From the NCBI RefSeq assembly GCF_037042905.1, contig NC_087246.1, positions 9,178,001-9,242,000 of the forward strand: a stretch of DNA of 64,000 nt, in the 5' to 3' direction. Within the stretch, counting starts at the first letter, position 1. The number at the start of each line of letters is the position of its first letter. The stretch is from Lytechinus pictus. Lineage: Eukaryota. Under the pieces are notes generated by a model. It was not told the origin of the DNA. It was given only the letters and a program-made list of their open reading frames with translations, and did not search any database. Positions 51,433 to 64,000 of this stretch are shown here, one piece after another. The position numbers and the translations under genes are program-made.

Positions 51433-54400
51433 TGTGAAGACAGTAAACACCTCGTGACAGATCCACTATCCTACCAGTAGTCTAGAAGAGAGAAAAAAAA
51501 AATGACTCAAAAACATGTACTAATCAACTATAATATATTGTCTGTTTAGAGCTGGGAGATAGATTTATATTATTGAACTCATTAAAAACCTTGGTTTTAT
51601 CTTCTTTCTAAAAAAAATACACAATGGTTGAATTTTTTTTCAAATACATCATTAAGAATACCATTCTTTTAAAAAATATTTGGGGCGAGTAATAAAAATG
51701 TAGGAATAAACTATTTGGTTTATAATAAAATGTAACTTCTTTTCAGCCATACTTTTAGATGATGGAATGGAATAGAATTGGCATGAGTAAGATATGTTTC
51801 TATGTCAGAGTATAAATCATCCATGGATATGATAGCCCTTGAGACTAAAAGAAACAATACTGCCCTACCAAGGACCAAAATATCATGTGATTTTGAAAAA
51901 GAGCAAAAATTTTCAATCATTTTTTTCTTTGTTACTTTTCTTAAAGAAATTATTTCAACAACACAATTGGGATCAATTATGCATTTGACACAGTAGTAAA
52001 TCAATGAGACTTACTTTAAATGTTCCTCTGTCAATCAGCTTCACCATATTAGCATCACAGCCTCCTGCTACAATGTGTTCCTTCCCAAGCCACTGGGTAC
52101 AGTAAATCTAAACAAACAAATATATATTCACAAGCTTTAAAAAATGACAGCTCTACATATTATTTGGAGGGATTACTTTTTCATGGGGGGGGGGGGGCAA
52201 GCCACTGGGTACAGTAAATCTAAACAAACAAATAATATATATTCACAAGCTTTAAAAAATGACAGCTCTTCATATTATTTGGAGGGATTACTTTTTCATG
52301 GGGGGGGCAAGCCACTGGGTACAATAAATCTAAACAAACAAATAATATATATTCACAAGCTTTCAAAAATGACAGCTCTACATATTATTTGGAGGGATTA
52401 CTTTTTCATGGGGGGTAGTACTGAAAATTGTTTGGGATACTTATAATAATATCTGTTTTCTTATAATCACCCTCTACATCTGTTGTGCTAGACCATATTC
52501 CTGCTTTATTACCCAATTGTATGTCATTATGAAGGTCTTTATGTAACAGAACTAATCCAATCCAATCCCATAGTCATTTGATATTGCACCTATTCCTGTC
52601 GGTTACAAAGCACTCCAAACACACTACTCCATGTTTGGGACACTAAAACAAGGGGAAGGATCCAAGATTTTAAAATATAGGGACACATTAATATCAGAAT
52701 ATCAGGTTTTGGTAAAAGATAGAGATACATTGAAAAAAAATTCTGAAGGAATGGGAACATGGCCTCAAGTCCTCCCACAAAACTGACATCTAGTTATGTA
52801 AGGATTAGAATGCATGGAAATAAGAAAGTAATTACAATATCTAAGCAACACTGCCTACCATGCAAAACTCTTACCAATGAATTAATGTCTCCGGGCACTG
52901 AGGGAACTGACTTCACGCAAGACCCTGAAGCGTAGTCCCAAATCTGAAATTAAACACATAAGTATTCTTGAAAAAAGAATGACATCAAATTACCAAATTT
53001 CTGCATGTTCAAGGAACAAATGACTCATACAACACTTGGATGGTGACAGCCACAAAATAAAGTGTTATGTCTAACCAATTTAATAAATCCATATCCCAAG
53101 CAGTATCTGACCCCCCCCCCCTCTTAATTTGCTTATGGATTCAGCTTTCAGATGGAAAAGAGCTAGAAGTATATCAAATTCTTTACTCTGATACCATCAC
53201 CCCAATAAAGCTAAGATGAGATTGATTGACATACTAATATTAGTAGATGGAGGACTTCTAGGGACTGGAAAGAATAACACTTGATGAATTGAAATGAACT
53301 TTGCATGAGGTCTTTGAAACAAACTGCCTTGCTGACAGCATAGTGCATTTTGTTGTTGTTTTTTCTTTAACCATGGTCAATTGCAATTACCTCTTTGCTA
53401 CTATAACAATTAACTGGAAAATAATGGTTGCAATTCTGACTTCAGCAAATCTTAGGATTTGCTAAATCCTCAAAGGTCAAAGGTCGTAAGGATGAGTAAC
53501 ATACCTGAAGACTATTAGTCTTTCTCCATGATCCAGTGAGGATGTGATTATGAACTGGGTCAATATCAAGAGCGTCACCACATATGTGAGGTCCATAGAT
53601 TCTCCTGTATGGGGGGTCAAGCATAAAGTAGGCTGAGAAATCTGACACCACTCAGTTTCCACAGTAACAGGTGTTGTCCTCACCCAGAGTTTAGTTTAGT
53701 TTAGTTTAGTTTATTATCTCAATCACCCTCCTGGGGTATACGAATAAAACAAATAGAACAAAGAGAGGCCAATGAACGATAAATAATACAGGGCAGTTTA
53801 ACCTTTTTTCTTCAATGATTTTTGGACTAAGATAAAAGGTGAAATAAAAATTGCACCCATCCACAATGGTTAAAATAAAGTTGTAAAAAAGTATAATTTA
53901 TTTCAATAGATTTACTGCATCAAACATGAATTGACATTAAAAGATCTCAAATAATTATTGCAAATTTTTCATTAATACACTTCTCCATTTCCCTGCTTTA
54001 ATCAAAATCAACTTGAGGACAGGTTGAACTGAATTATTTGTTAGTACATTAATTACCTGGTAGCATGTTCCTCCCTAGTATCCCAGAACTGAATGGTATC
54101 ATCCCACCCTCCGGTCACAAACTCCTTGACATTCCTGGGATGAAACTTGACACAGAATACTCTACTCCTATGCCCATCCATCACACCCATTGACGGGCTG
54201 CAAACATGAAGTCATGCAGGATGAAAAACTGTTTTATAACCTGAAACTTTCTAGTTTATAATAATAATATTTGATTTGTAGGTTATATTATGCAGATATT
54301 TCAAAACATGTAGGTGGGCTATCTATGTCATTGAAATAGTATATCCATTCACAGTATTAAAGTGATCATTTCACTTTGTTCTGATTTAAAACATTCTCCT

Positions 54401-57400
54401 TTTGGTTCCTGAAAATGGGCTAAACACTAGGCTTATAGTGTAAAAATACCATCCCAAAAGTTTCAAAGTATTATATTTACAGGATCAATTTTAAAACCTT
54501 GGAGATGTAAACCAAAGTTTGAAATAATTGGGAGTTGGTTTCAATGACTATGTGTATACAGGGAATCTGTGCACCACAACACATTAATTCTAGATGAACA
54601 CAGCATGACCTACAAACAGTGTGTACAAGGTATACACTGAATGTACAGTGCAGCTAATAGTGTGTGTATAGGAGATACACACAACAGAAGGCAGTCAAAA
54701 TAGCCAACGGACTTTTTGAATTGGAGAAAACTGGTCATAAGCTGAACCCGTCTACTAGACGGTTCTCAAAATCAGGCTAATAAATTGCTACTTGTATCTA
54801 AATTAGAGTTTTTCATCCTATATTGTGGTCCGTTTCAGGGTTTTTGAGGACAAAGACAGGCACTCATACGCACGTTTCAACTCAGTTTGAGAATTTTTTA
54901 AATCAGCTGCTCACAAAGTTAAACGATCCCTTTAAAGCAAAAGCGATGCAAAGCAATATTATAAACATTTTTTTTCTTCTTTTGAGGTTTTTAAATGTAG
55001 CTATTTATGCATGTCAAACATCTCCAAAATTTTCAAAGCTGTACATTACCAATGCTGCACATGAACACCAATAGGATCATGAATTAATATGCCAATTGTA
55101 TTAATTAAGAAAAAAAATGAATATCTATACACCAAAGTGTTGGCTCAAATACAGTGTATATGATGCAAAGGTTTCAGATTATTTGCAAATAAATGATTTA
55201 AGCTTGACACAACGCCATATATATAATTTCAGAAAAGATTATTTTAAGATTTCCACTAGGTGATAGTTGGAAGATAATCCAAAATGAACTTCAAAATCCT
55301 TTACGATGCTTTTTTTTTTCATGTTGATGTCCCCTAAGAACATTTTACTAATCATCTCTTCTTATTCATGATATATCAATGCTCTGTGGCATAATCGACC
55401 AAAAGGCCTCGAAAATACTATTCATCTTGACCTAGCCTTTTCATGCCTATGTCCCGGGGGGCGGGGGGGGGGGGGGGGGCTGGGGCCAGTCAAATATATT
55501 GCTGTACACACGCCTGCCCCCAAAAACGTGTTTAAAGGGGTGTTTTTTTCAGTTTTGGACGCGGGCCACACGTGCACTCGTTAAGGGTATCAAAAACACA
55601 GATTAAAAAAAAAAGGGGTAGTTTTGAAAAACTGGTCAATGGTCAATCGCAGGGTTATGTTTTTTTTCCAAATCTTTTTTTTTAAAGACTAGCCAAACAT
55701 GTTTAGGGTATGTTTTTTTCCCCCAAGCTTTTTCCCCAGGGTCATATTCTGGCGACAACTTGTTTAAGGGCCAAAATGTGTAAATAAAGCCCGCGAAAAA
55801 CTTGTTTAGGGGGTTATTTTGCACACATAGAAAAACTCGTTTAGGGGGTGTTTAGAAATAATTTGGCCACGCGTGTGTACAGCAATACATTTTACTGCAC
55901 CCCCCCCCCCCCCGGACCTATATAATTTGACATCTTATTCTTGACACACTTACCTTGGTTGACAAGTGTTTACAATCTGTGTAGTATTAGCATCATAGAT
56001 AAAGACCTTTTCATCTGATCCTGTGGTAACAAAGAGAGAGGTTGTGACATCAAATGCAGCAGCCAAGGTTTGTCTAGGTTCATGTATGGTGTGTAGGCAC
56101 TGACGGCTTGCTGTATGCCAAAGCTTCACCATCCCACTTGCATCTAGAAGTCAAAATATCGTTCAGTTTAAAAGAACAAAAACATATTTTGATACATCAT
56201 GAATTTCATATCAAACCTATGACACAAGTCCAGTTTATTTTCACAATAAAATCGATCTAAAAAAACTAATAATATCAAACCTGCTTTAATAAAAAGATTA
56301 ATAAGAGATGACGATATATACCATATAATTTTCTATACAAGTTTGATATAAATATCATTATTTCATCATCATATACATGTAGAAATAAACATTTTCTGAT
56401 CAATGTGCACTCCAAGAAAATTAAATTTAAAGCAATTATTCATTTAAAAGCATTATAATTTTAATTTGTTTGAAAGAAATTCCAATTACCATATAAACAA
56501 TTTAGAACTTGAAGGTATACACTATATGTTTATCAAAACAGCACACTCTACAATGACCACCATTCATGGTGAACTATTATTTTCTGCCCTACTTCATCAT
56601 GTTAACTCTTGTGTCCTTCTTTCCTTCTTAATTTTCCTTTTCACTTCACCATAACCTCTGCCCTCTTTCTGTAGTGTCTTTTTTTTAGCCATAAGGTCTG
56701 TGAACTATATCATCTAACTGTCATTATCAATGGCTTCCATGCTGTTGTCTCAAGTTCTCTCTTCATTGTTCATTAGGTGATACAAGGCACTGTGTGAATA
56801 TCATTATACCTCAATCCTGGCAATTTAACACCAGTGAAAATAAATGATAGTCATATCAATGACATATTATATTTGATTTTCAGTCATATTGATTTCCTTG
56901 ACCTGAACTTCACCTTATAATGGATGAAGAAAGGTACTATTTGAGGTAAACTGCCACTTGATATACACTGCAGCTACTTTCATTTTAGTCTTATGCCACA
57001 TTGTCTAACCTTGTACATCTACAACCAGTTTGTCTACTAACCATTTGGTCTCATTTCCATTTAGCCACTTTACCATTTTGTTAAACCTTGCAACTTTAGC
57101 TATGCCCTTGTAGTTCTGTTTAAATATATTTTATTATTGTTTGTATGATTAGTAAAATTCAGAACAAACTAAATAATGAAATAGTCTGTATTACATCAAG
57201 GGGTTTTACTATTCATTATTTCATTAACTTAGCTTGAAGCCATTGTTTCAAAAGAAGACAAAAATGTTATTTTCACTGCAAAAAATAACAGGTGTAGCAA
57301 TTGTACATTAAAAACTGCTGGAAATAAATCAACCTGATTACTTCATTCAACCAACTCTTAACAAAATAATAATCACAAAACAATAGAATTTGCATAAGCA

Positions 57401-58598
57401 ACAAGTAAGCAATGGTGTAAACAAGACTGTGATGACACTTATGTATGACGATCAATGCAGACTGAATAACCTTAACTTACATGTTGCAAGCAGCACGTTT
57501 TGTGATTTATCTCCCTCAAGATGGTGTCTGAAGTTAAGACTAGTACATGGTAGATGAGATTCCTTAGTCTCACTGTCAACAAGATTGTATAATTGAGCTC
57601 CTGTTTCAGATGAAAAGACCTGTGAAGAGGAATTACCAGATAATACAATATCAAGACATAGATAGATGTATTTAAAAACCCAACTTATCCTACAATCAAT
57701 ATACAGAATAAGGCATAATTATTATATCTGGCTTCATTATAAAGCAAGGCATACTAACTTTAACTGGCCCCTTTATTTTCTTTCTCTTATTTCAAAACTT
57801 ATTACTGAAGGAATATGAGTCTATCCTAAATGTTGGGACCCCCCCCCCCCCTTCATTTACTTGAAAGTTTCATCTTCTTTAATGTGTTTTAGAATTAGAT
57901 TTTCACTCATCATATATTAGGGGTTGGTCTTATGATCCTTCAAAAGTATTATTCTTCCAGGTGGGTACTTAATTCATGCAATTCACAATAATGTGAGAAT
58001 GTAATTTGAATTCAACGAGGGAATTGATAAAATAGACCTTCCTGACTTTTCCATTCTGGGAGAATATCAATAAATTCTCAAACTAGCAAAAAATTCTGAC
58101 TAATGTAAACCATGTGACAGAGAGAGCTTCCACAAAACAATAATGACTATTTGTTTTCCACTTCTCATGACTTCACTTCTACCCCCTCCCCCTGGGGAAA
58201 AAGAACAAATAAATATACAGACAGATAGACAGATAGATAGATAGGTATACAGAGAAAGAGACAGACAGACAGACAGAGATAGATAGAGACATATAGACAG
58301 ACAGATAGACAGAGAGAGAGAGACAGACAGAGATAGAGACATACAGAGAGACAGACAGACAGACAGAGATAGAGACATACAGATAGAGACATACAGAGAG
58401 AGACAGACAGAGACAGACAGACAGAGATAGAGACATACAGAGAGACAGACAGACAGACAGAGATAGATCCATACAGAGAGACAGACAGACAGAGGGACAG
58501 ACAGACAGACAGATAGAGAGATAGATAAATGAATAAATAAATGGAATGAATGAATGGATGAATGAATGAATGAATGAATAAATAAATAAATAAATAGA

Positions 58599-58637
<39 letters not shown>

Positions 58638-59687
58638 CTAAATAAATAATATAAAGACATGGAGAAAGTGGACAACAGATTCGAAGGAATGATGAAAAGT
58701 GATAATTTACCTTTATTGAACCATCTTTTAAACCTACAGCTACCATGGAACCATCTTCACTGTATTTGCAGCACAATACATCATGTTGTAAATGCCTAAA
58801 ATTTAAGAGGAAAAAATCATTTTGTGATGCATGCATTTTTTTCACAAGAAACCATTTTTTTAGCTTAAAATTAAAAAACCTGTCTAGTAAACCACATTCA
58901 TAACGAAATTACAAGAGATTTATTTCTTACTGACTTCATACATCAAGACAGAGATTTTGAAATATCATCTGAAATTCTGTACAAGAGAAAATATTCTAAT
59001 GAGTGCTTTACAAGTAAACATTATCCCATTCCTAAAAGAGAAACTTGATATTTTTATTTTTTATATGAATTCAATAAATTTTACATACATGTATATTACA
59101 TAAAAGCATTGGATGCTTGATGCTCTGCACTTCCCAACCCAACTGAGTACAACACTCACAAGCTAAATGTATCGACATAGTTCAAGAATAATCTAACAAT
59201 CATAGAAGCCTATGTTAATCAATATTTACTAATCAAATAATTTTCATCTACTTTGTAATAAATGCTCCACATACCTTATAAATAGAAACTTTCAGACTTA
59301 ATATGGATTGAAGGAAATCATATTAAAATATTTTTTAAAATTTGAGTAAGGGATTGCACTTTAAAAATTATAATTCAGTTACTAAGCACGGTAAAAATTT
59401 AATTCATCATTTTTGGCTTGTAGTCAGGAAAAAGACAACATGATTAATCTGGAAAAAAAATCAATCCAAGTATAAATATTGTTTACTTACACATGATCGA
59501 TGATCTTGAGAATCCCTTCTGAGGCAGGTTCCTTCTCCAATGGTTGATGATCTCCATCTTCTAACATACTTGCAGCACTAGTCGTACTGAGCATACTACG
59601 AGGTGTGGAGGTGGAGGATCTCTCAGGGCTTGAGGACCTCACATGCCTAGCCACGCCTGCTCCGGACAAACCAGCCACTGACAACAT
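51350..59687 (-). CDS. WD40-repeat (beta-propeller) protein, 381 aa
   Basis: Exons 59687-59491, 58795-58711, 57619-57481, 56143-55954, 54197-54057, 53604-53505, 52943-52875, 52107-52015 and 51481-51350. All introns are GT-AG with consistent phases; total 1146 nt, TAA stop. WD motifs include GHRSRVFCVKFHP..FVTGGWDDTIQFWD, GSDEKVFIYD and GPHICGDALD..LQIWD. Confidence 0.9.
52086..52415. repeat. Three ~110-bp tandem copies spanning an intron/exon junction
   Basis: CAAGCCACTGGGTACAGTAAATCTAAACAAAC...CATGGGGG occurs at 52086, 52198 and 52308. Confidence 0.9.
54361..54931. mobile_element. TTAA-flanked MITE (Kolobok-like)
   Basis: TTAA|AGTGATCATTTCACTTTG ... CAAAGTTAAACGATCCCT|TTAA. Confidence 0.6.
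55453..55916. mobile_element. MITE with CCCGG/poly-G termini
   Basis: Inverted arms (G)n..ATTGCTGTACACACGC / GCGTGTGTACAGCAAT..(C)n. Flanks are CCTATGT and CCTATAT, an imperfect 7-bp TSD. Confidence 0.65.
58205..58650. repeat. Compound microsatellite (AGAC/AGAT)n-(GAAT)n-(AAAT)n in a WD40 gene intron
   Basis: Directly visible tetranucleotide runs. Confidence 0.95.
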
Positions 59688-60119
59688 GATGGTTGCTTCT
59701 GATTGGTTGGCCTAAATAGTTGATGGACGGAGAGAGAGATGGTGACTTTGTGGTGTCTGAAAGGGAGGAGTCACTTGTCTGTTTATATTTGTGCGGAGTT
59801 ACAGTTACCATGACTCTAGCTTTGAGCTTTTGGTAGTTACAATCACAAGACAAATATGAATAGATTGAGAAACTGGGAATAGAAGAGAGGAAATGTATAA
59901 TTGTAAAATCACACTAAATTGAAATGAAAAATGAGAAGTGAAGTATGGTTGATAAGAATTGGGAGGAAAAAAAAGATTGATTCAGGTGATATCAAATTAT
60001 TTAATTCAAAGAGCCTTTAGAACACATGAAAGATGGAAAGATAAACAATGGAGACTAATAACGAGATAACTAGATTGCATCAGAAAAGGGATGAAAGAGT
60101 CTTGGAATTAGTTACTTAA

Positions 60120-60716
60120 AGGGTAATCCAGCCTTGGCCATTAAATGTTGTGTTGGGAAGGAGAAAAATAAATTAAACGGAATGGTGAAAGTTTGAAAGA
60201 AATCAGACAAGCAATAAAAAAGTTATAGCTGCTTTGAAATTGAGATCACTAATACTATGTAGATTTCAAATTGGCAACTGGGTAAGTAAATTATGACAAG
60301 GGACAAGGGCAATTTTCCCATAGGCCATGTACTTTATTATCAGGGATTTGTGATTTTCTCCTAAGCACCCATTCCCCTGGGGCAGTAATCTAAATATAAC
60401 CCTGGTTGTATATTGTTTTATGTCCTCATGAAAGAAAAATATAATTTGAAATAAAACTTTTGGGGAAAATGACATTTTAGCCATAATATGTATTGGAGTA
60501 CATGGAAGAGTAGTCCTTGCCTTACATCACTATGATGTCCCATATATGCGGCCAATTTGAAGTCTCCATGGGTATAGTGATTACCAATATTTACAACTTT
60601 TAAAAATTCATAACTTTCTTGTTGTTTGTCCAATATTGTTCAAACTTTCACCTATCAACTTGTCTGATTTTTCTTTTCCTTATAAAAACGAGTTTTTATT
60701 TGGGTTGGATTCCCCT
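60120..60716. mobile_element. TTAA-flanked Kolobok-like MITE
   Basis: TTAA|AGGGTAATCCAGCC ... GGTTGGATTCCCCT|TTAA, with imperfect long TIRs. Confidence 0.7.
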
Positions 60717-61137
60717 TTAATTGACATAGAAAGTGACATTTAGATACCCAGTACTTCATCCAGCCTTAGAGGATCTACAGGCCATCAATGAATGTGAAAT
60801 TTGTAATGACACAAAATGAGTTAATTTTCTAGTTTATATAATATGTCAGCCCAATCTAAATGGATGTACATTTTCTCTATGTCCCTGACAGTCTCGCCTT
60901 CATATTACACATTTTAATATGGCAGCACTGGAAAGCAAGGTAAGGATTAAAAACAATAAAAATGAAAAAAAAATTCATATTATTGATTACAAAAGACATT
61001 CTACAATGACTTTTTAGAGAAGAAACTTTTATTCATTTCACATCATTTGTGATATCCAAATTTTTCAAAGAATTATTTACCGGTAATATTATTTAAACAA
61101 GTGGAGCGTCTCTGACAGTCTCGCCCTGCATAACGCG

Positions 61138-64000
61138 TGTGACTACATCAGGATGTAGTGATGAAAATTTTTTAGTTATAAAAAGTCTGAAGACAAGACT
61201 ACAAGTAAGATTCTAGAAAGTTCCTCTTGGACTTCACTAATGAGTCACAAATTAAGAATTTCTTTGTTCATCTCATCTACTTTCATTTTGGGAAGAGTAT
61301 TGGTCATTCTCATTGTCGAAGTGATGCAGTAAGGTTCACGTTATATAACACTGCAGCAGAAATCTTTAAAAGTTAGTTGTGGAACATCTACAAAGGCCCA
61401 ATTCGGTAAGAATACGATTTGATTATGTTAATTATGTTCTTAGTCATATTATTTAACGTTTATAATTGTCATTTTATTTGAATAGATTAATGTTTGGTAG
61501 AGATATAATTTTACTGAGGTGCTACCAGCATATAGCCTACCTGTTAGTAGTAGACAAAGAGATGAGTCATGTTACAGTGTGCGAAGTATATAGCAGAGTG
61601 GAGTAGATTTCCTTCTTTACGTTGATAGAAAGTATAATTGTGCATATATATAATTAAGTAATTCAGTGTTAATCAAATGTTTGATATGTGATAATATAGA
61701 TTACTGTTCGTACATGTAGTTCATGATCAATTTGTAATTTAGAGTATTAGACCAAAACTATAACTTTCATTTGGAGAGAAAGAACTTTCCTTTGTGAGTG
61801 ATTTAGGGAGAAACCTTGAATGAGTGACTGTGATGGAATGTAGTTATGTTCACACGGCTAATCTGTCTATTGGTAGAATACTTAGTAGTGCACTGCACAG
61901 AGTGAGTGCAGCTGTGTTCATATGAGGATTTAATCGCCAGCTTAACTTTATTCCTTGCATATTTTTATACTCTGTTGATTTATGTAGGTTAATGTTATAC
62001 GATATAATAGTACATGGGTATGTTGATTCTTATTTAATCACACATAATAGTTATTGCTATACTAATTTAGATTTAGTTATTGACAAGTTTTCCAGATGAA
62101 ACATTTGTTTATTATTGTTTGTTTATTCATTTTGTTACAGATTGTTATCTCAAGGTTTGACTCAAGGTTTGAACTTACAGTTTGGATCTCAAGGTTACAG
62201 AGATAGTGTTGAAGTTAACGCTATTGAGTTGCTGAATAAAACATAAGTTTGTGGAATTCTAGCAAATTGTGTCCAGCGTGTATTTCGTTGAGAAGCCTTG
62301 TGAATAACAACAGTTGGAAATAGATGCGAACGAAACTCCTTCGTATAAAGATTTACGAAGGCAGCCACAATAACAATCGAAGAGCATTAAAGTTTTGCAG
62401 CAGAGTTATTATAGAAGGTGTGACGTCATGTCTTCAGAACCAGCATCAAGACGTCAATCGACATCCAAGAGGATCTCCACATCGAAGGCCAGGAGTCTGG
62501 CAGGTGATGAGTGCATCAAAGATGGTGTGGAAGGACAGTGCGAGCCAGCCATGAAGGCCGAAAGTATAGCAAGTTCGCGGATGTCCCGCAGAAGTGCCAG
62601 ACTTGCTGAAGCGTTCCAAGCTGAGCTGGCAGTGATGGACCAAGAGGACAGACTAGAAGCTCTGAAGTATGAGCAGTTAATGAAATTGCGGGAGGAGCAG
62701 CGTAAGCTGAAAGAATTGAAGCTAAAAAATGAGTTGGCAGCAAAAATGTCAGCACTTGAAGATGAGGATGATGCTTCAGAAGGTGACAGAGATGACATCC
62801 AGGTACCAAAGGAAATACCTGGTGATTCTGTGCGAAGGTATTTTGATTCTCATCCGGACGTGGAAGCAAGTGCAGCACCTCCTCCTCACGACGTACATCA
62901 GACGGGATTTGAAAAGATGGCGGAGTCCATGACTGAGATGGCAAAAGCGATGACGCAGCAGAATGCAACAACACATGGTCTCGCCATCTCAAGCCAACTC
63001 CCAAAGCTCGAAATACCAGTTTTTAGCGGTGATCCCTTGCGGTACGCACTTTGGAAAAACGGCTTCACCAACTTGGTGGACTCAAAACCCCTGGATGGAG
63101 CAACTAAACTCAACTATCTAAATAGCTATGTTATGGGAGAGCCAAAGAAGATAGTCGAGCACTTCATCTTGTTGGGGACAGAAGAAGCTTACTTCCAAGC
63201 GATGGAGCTACTGCAAAAGAGATATGGCAGTGGCAGCGTGATCAGTGCTGCCTTCTCTAACAAGCTGACCTCATGGCCAAGGATCTTCGACAAGGACCCT
63301 GCAGGATTGCGGAAGTTCGCAGATTTCCTCGAACAGGTAGCTGCAGCAAAGTCGACTGAGTCTTCTTTGGGGATATTGGACTATCCTCAAGAAAACATCA
63401 AGCTAGTCAACAAGCTACCCCTTTACCTTGAAAGATCTTGGCGTGATGAGGTGGATAGATGGCAGACACATGGCTACGGAAGTTATCCTCCGTTCAAGGT
63501 CTTCACCGACTTTGTTAGCAGAGCGGCCAACAAGGCCAACATTCCTGAGCTGGAGGGACTGCGAAGCGGCGAGTCTAGACCACGGCAGTACCAAGAGGAA
63601 CGCCCAAGGTACGCTCATCAAAAAGGAAAGGTACTGTCAACCAAGGTCGAGTCCAAGATCAGCAAGGGAAATTACAGATCCTGTCCTTTCTGTGAAGAAG
63701 ATCATCACCTAGATGACTGCAAAGACTTCAAGAAACGGTCACTTCATGCAAGGAAAGGATTCTTCTTTCAGAAGAATCTGTGCATGGGGTGTGGAGTATC
63801 AGACAGCCATCAGGTGAAGGATTGCCAACACCGAAGGAACTGTAAGGTGTGCCAAGGAAATCATCTTGCAAGCCTTCATCGATTTGAAAGGGCTAAGATC
63901 CAGGGCGATGGAGCTTCATCCAATTGCACCAACGTCTGCTCCCTTCCGGACCAAGATGGCCAAGAGCATTGCATGATCGTTCCAGTGTGGGTGAGACACA
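61138..64000 (+). mobile_element. BEL/Pao LTR retrotransposon, 5' part (putative LTR ~61138-62312)
   Basis: A TGT...ACA-bounded ~1.17-kb segment with AATAAA at ~62235 precedes a BEL gag ORF. The LTR start is uncertain (61138 or 61154) because the 3' LTR is outside the window. Confidence 0.8.
62428..64000 (+). CDS. BEL/Pao gag-pol polyprotein, N-terminal ~524 aa (runs off window)
   Basis: Open frame from ATG 62428 to the window end. It has a coiled-coil region, DUF1759-like LPKLEIPVFSGDPLRYALWK, three Cys/His knuckles (CPFCEEDHHLDDC, CMGCGVSDSHQVKDC, CKVCQGNHLASLH) and a pre-protease IVPVWV motif. Confidence 0.9.
   Translation, partial: MSSEPASRRQSTSKRISTSKARSLAGDECIKDGVEGQCEPAMKAESIASSRMSRRSARLAEAFQAELAVMDQEDRLEALKYEQLMKLREEQRKLKELKLKNELAAKMSALEDEDDASEGDRDDIQVPKEIPGDSVRRYFDSHPDVEASAAPPPHDVHQTGFEKMAESMTEMAKAMTQQNATTHGLAISSQLPKLEIPVFSGDPLRYALWKNGFTNLVDSKPLDGATKLNYLNSYVMGEPKKIVEHFILLGTEEAYFQAMELLQKRYGSGSVISAAFSNKLTSWPRIFDKDPAGLRKFADFLEQVAAAKSTESSLGILDYPQENIKLVNKLPLYLERSWRDEVDRWQTHGYGSYPPFKVFTDFVSRAANKANIPELEGLRSGESRPRQYQEERPRYAHQKGKVLSTKVESKISKGNYRSCPFCEEDHHLDDCKDFKKRSLHARKGFFFQKNLCMGCGVSDSHQVKDCQHRRNCKVCQGNHLASLHRFERAKIQGDGASSNCTNVCSLPDQDGQEHCMIVPVWVRH

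Noticed and set aside
58100..58675. Long hydrophobic ORFs (191, 226 and 97 aa)
   Set aside because: They are microsatellite translations. Only 58795-58711 is a real WD40 exon.
62454..63113. Several minus-strand and alternate-frame ORFs
   Set aside because: They are shadows of the BEL gag frame on the + strand.

Overview
This is AT-rich, intron-containing animal genomic DNA. The poly-G/poly-C MITEs, the GCGAGCGCGAAGCGCGAG motifs and the tRNA-SINE suggest a sea-urchin-like invertebrate deuterostome (inference only). I assembled three spliced genes by hand from GT-AG sites with consistent phase. (1) A 9-10 exon + strand gene (23412-32701, 544 aa) encodes a ParB/Srx-like N-terminal domain, a helical middle region and a degenerate DNA adenine/N4C-methyltransferase-like C-terminus. 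About 1.9 kb downstream lies a ~2.3 kb array of ~70 32-bp units, each carrying a 20-bp palindrome. This layout recalls plasmid sopB-sopC and is the best candidate for a new system. (2) A 3-beta-hydroxysteroid dehydrogenase gene (41584-43712, +, 366 aa). (3) A convergent 9-exon WD40-repeat gene (59687-51350, -, 381 aa). The window ends inside a BEL/Pao LTR retrotransposon with an open ORF. An orphan first exon lies at 6972-6694 (-). The rest holds many MITEs (hAT-, Kolobok-, piggyBac-, Harbinger- and CACTA-like), a DINE-1-like element, a SINE and LINE fragments. All family assignments come from motif recognition; no database search was run.
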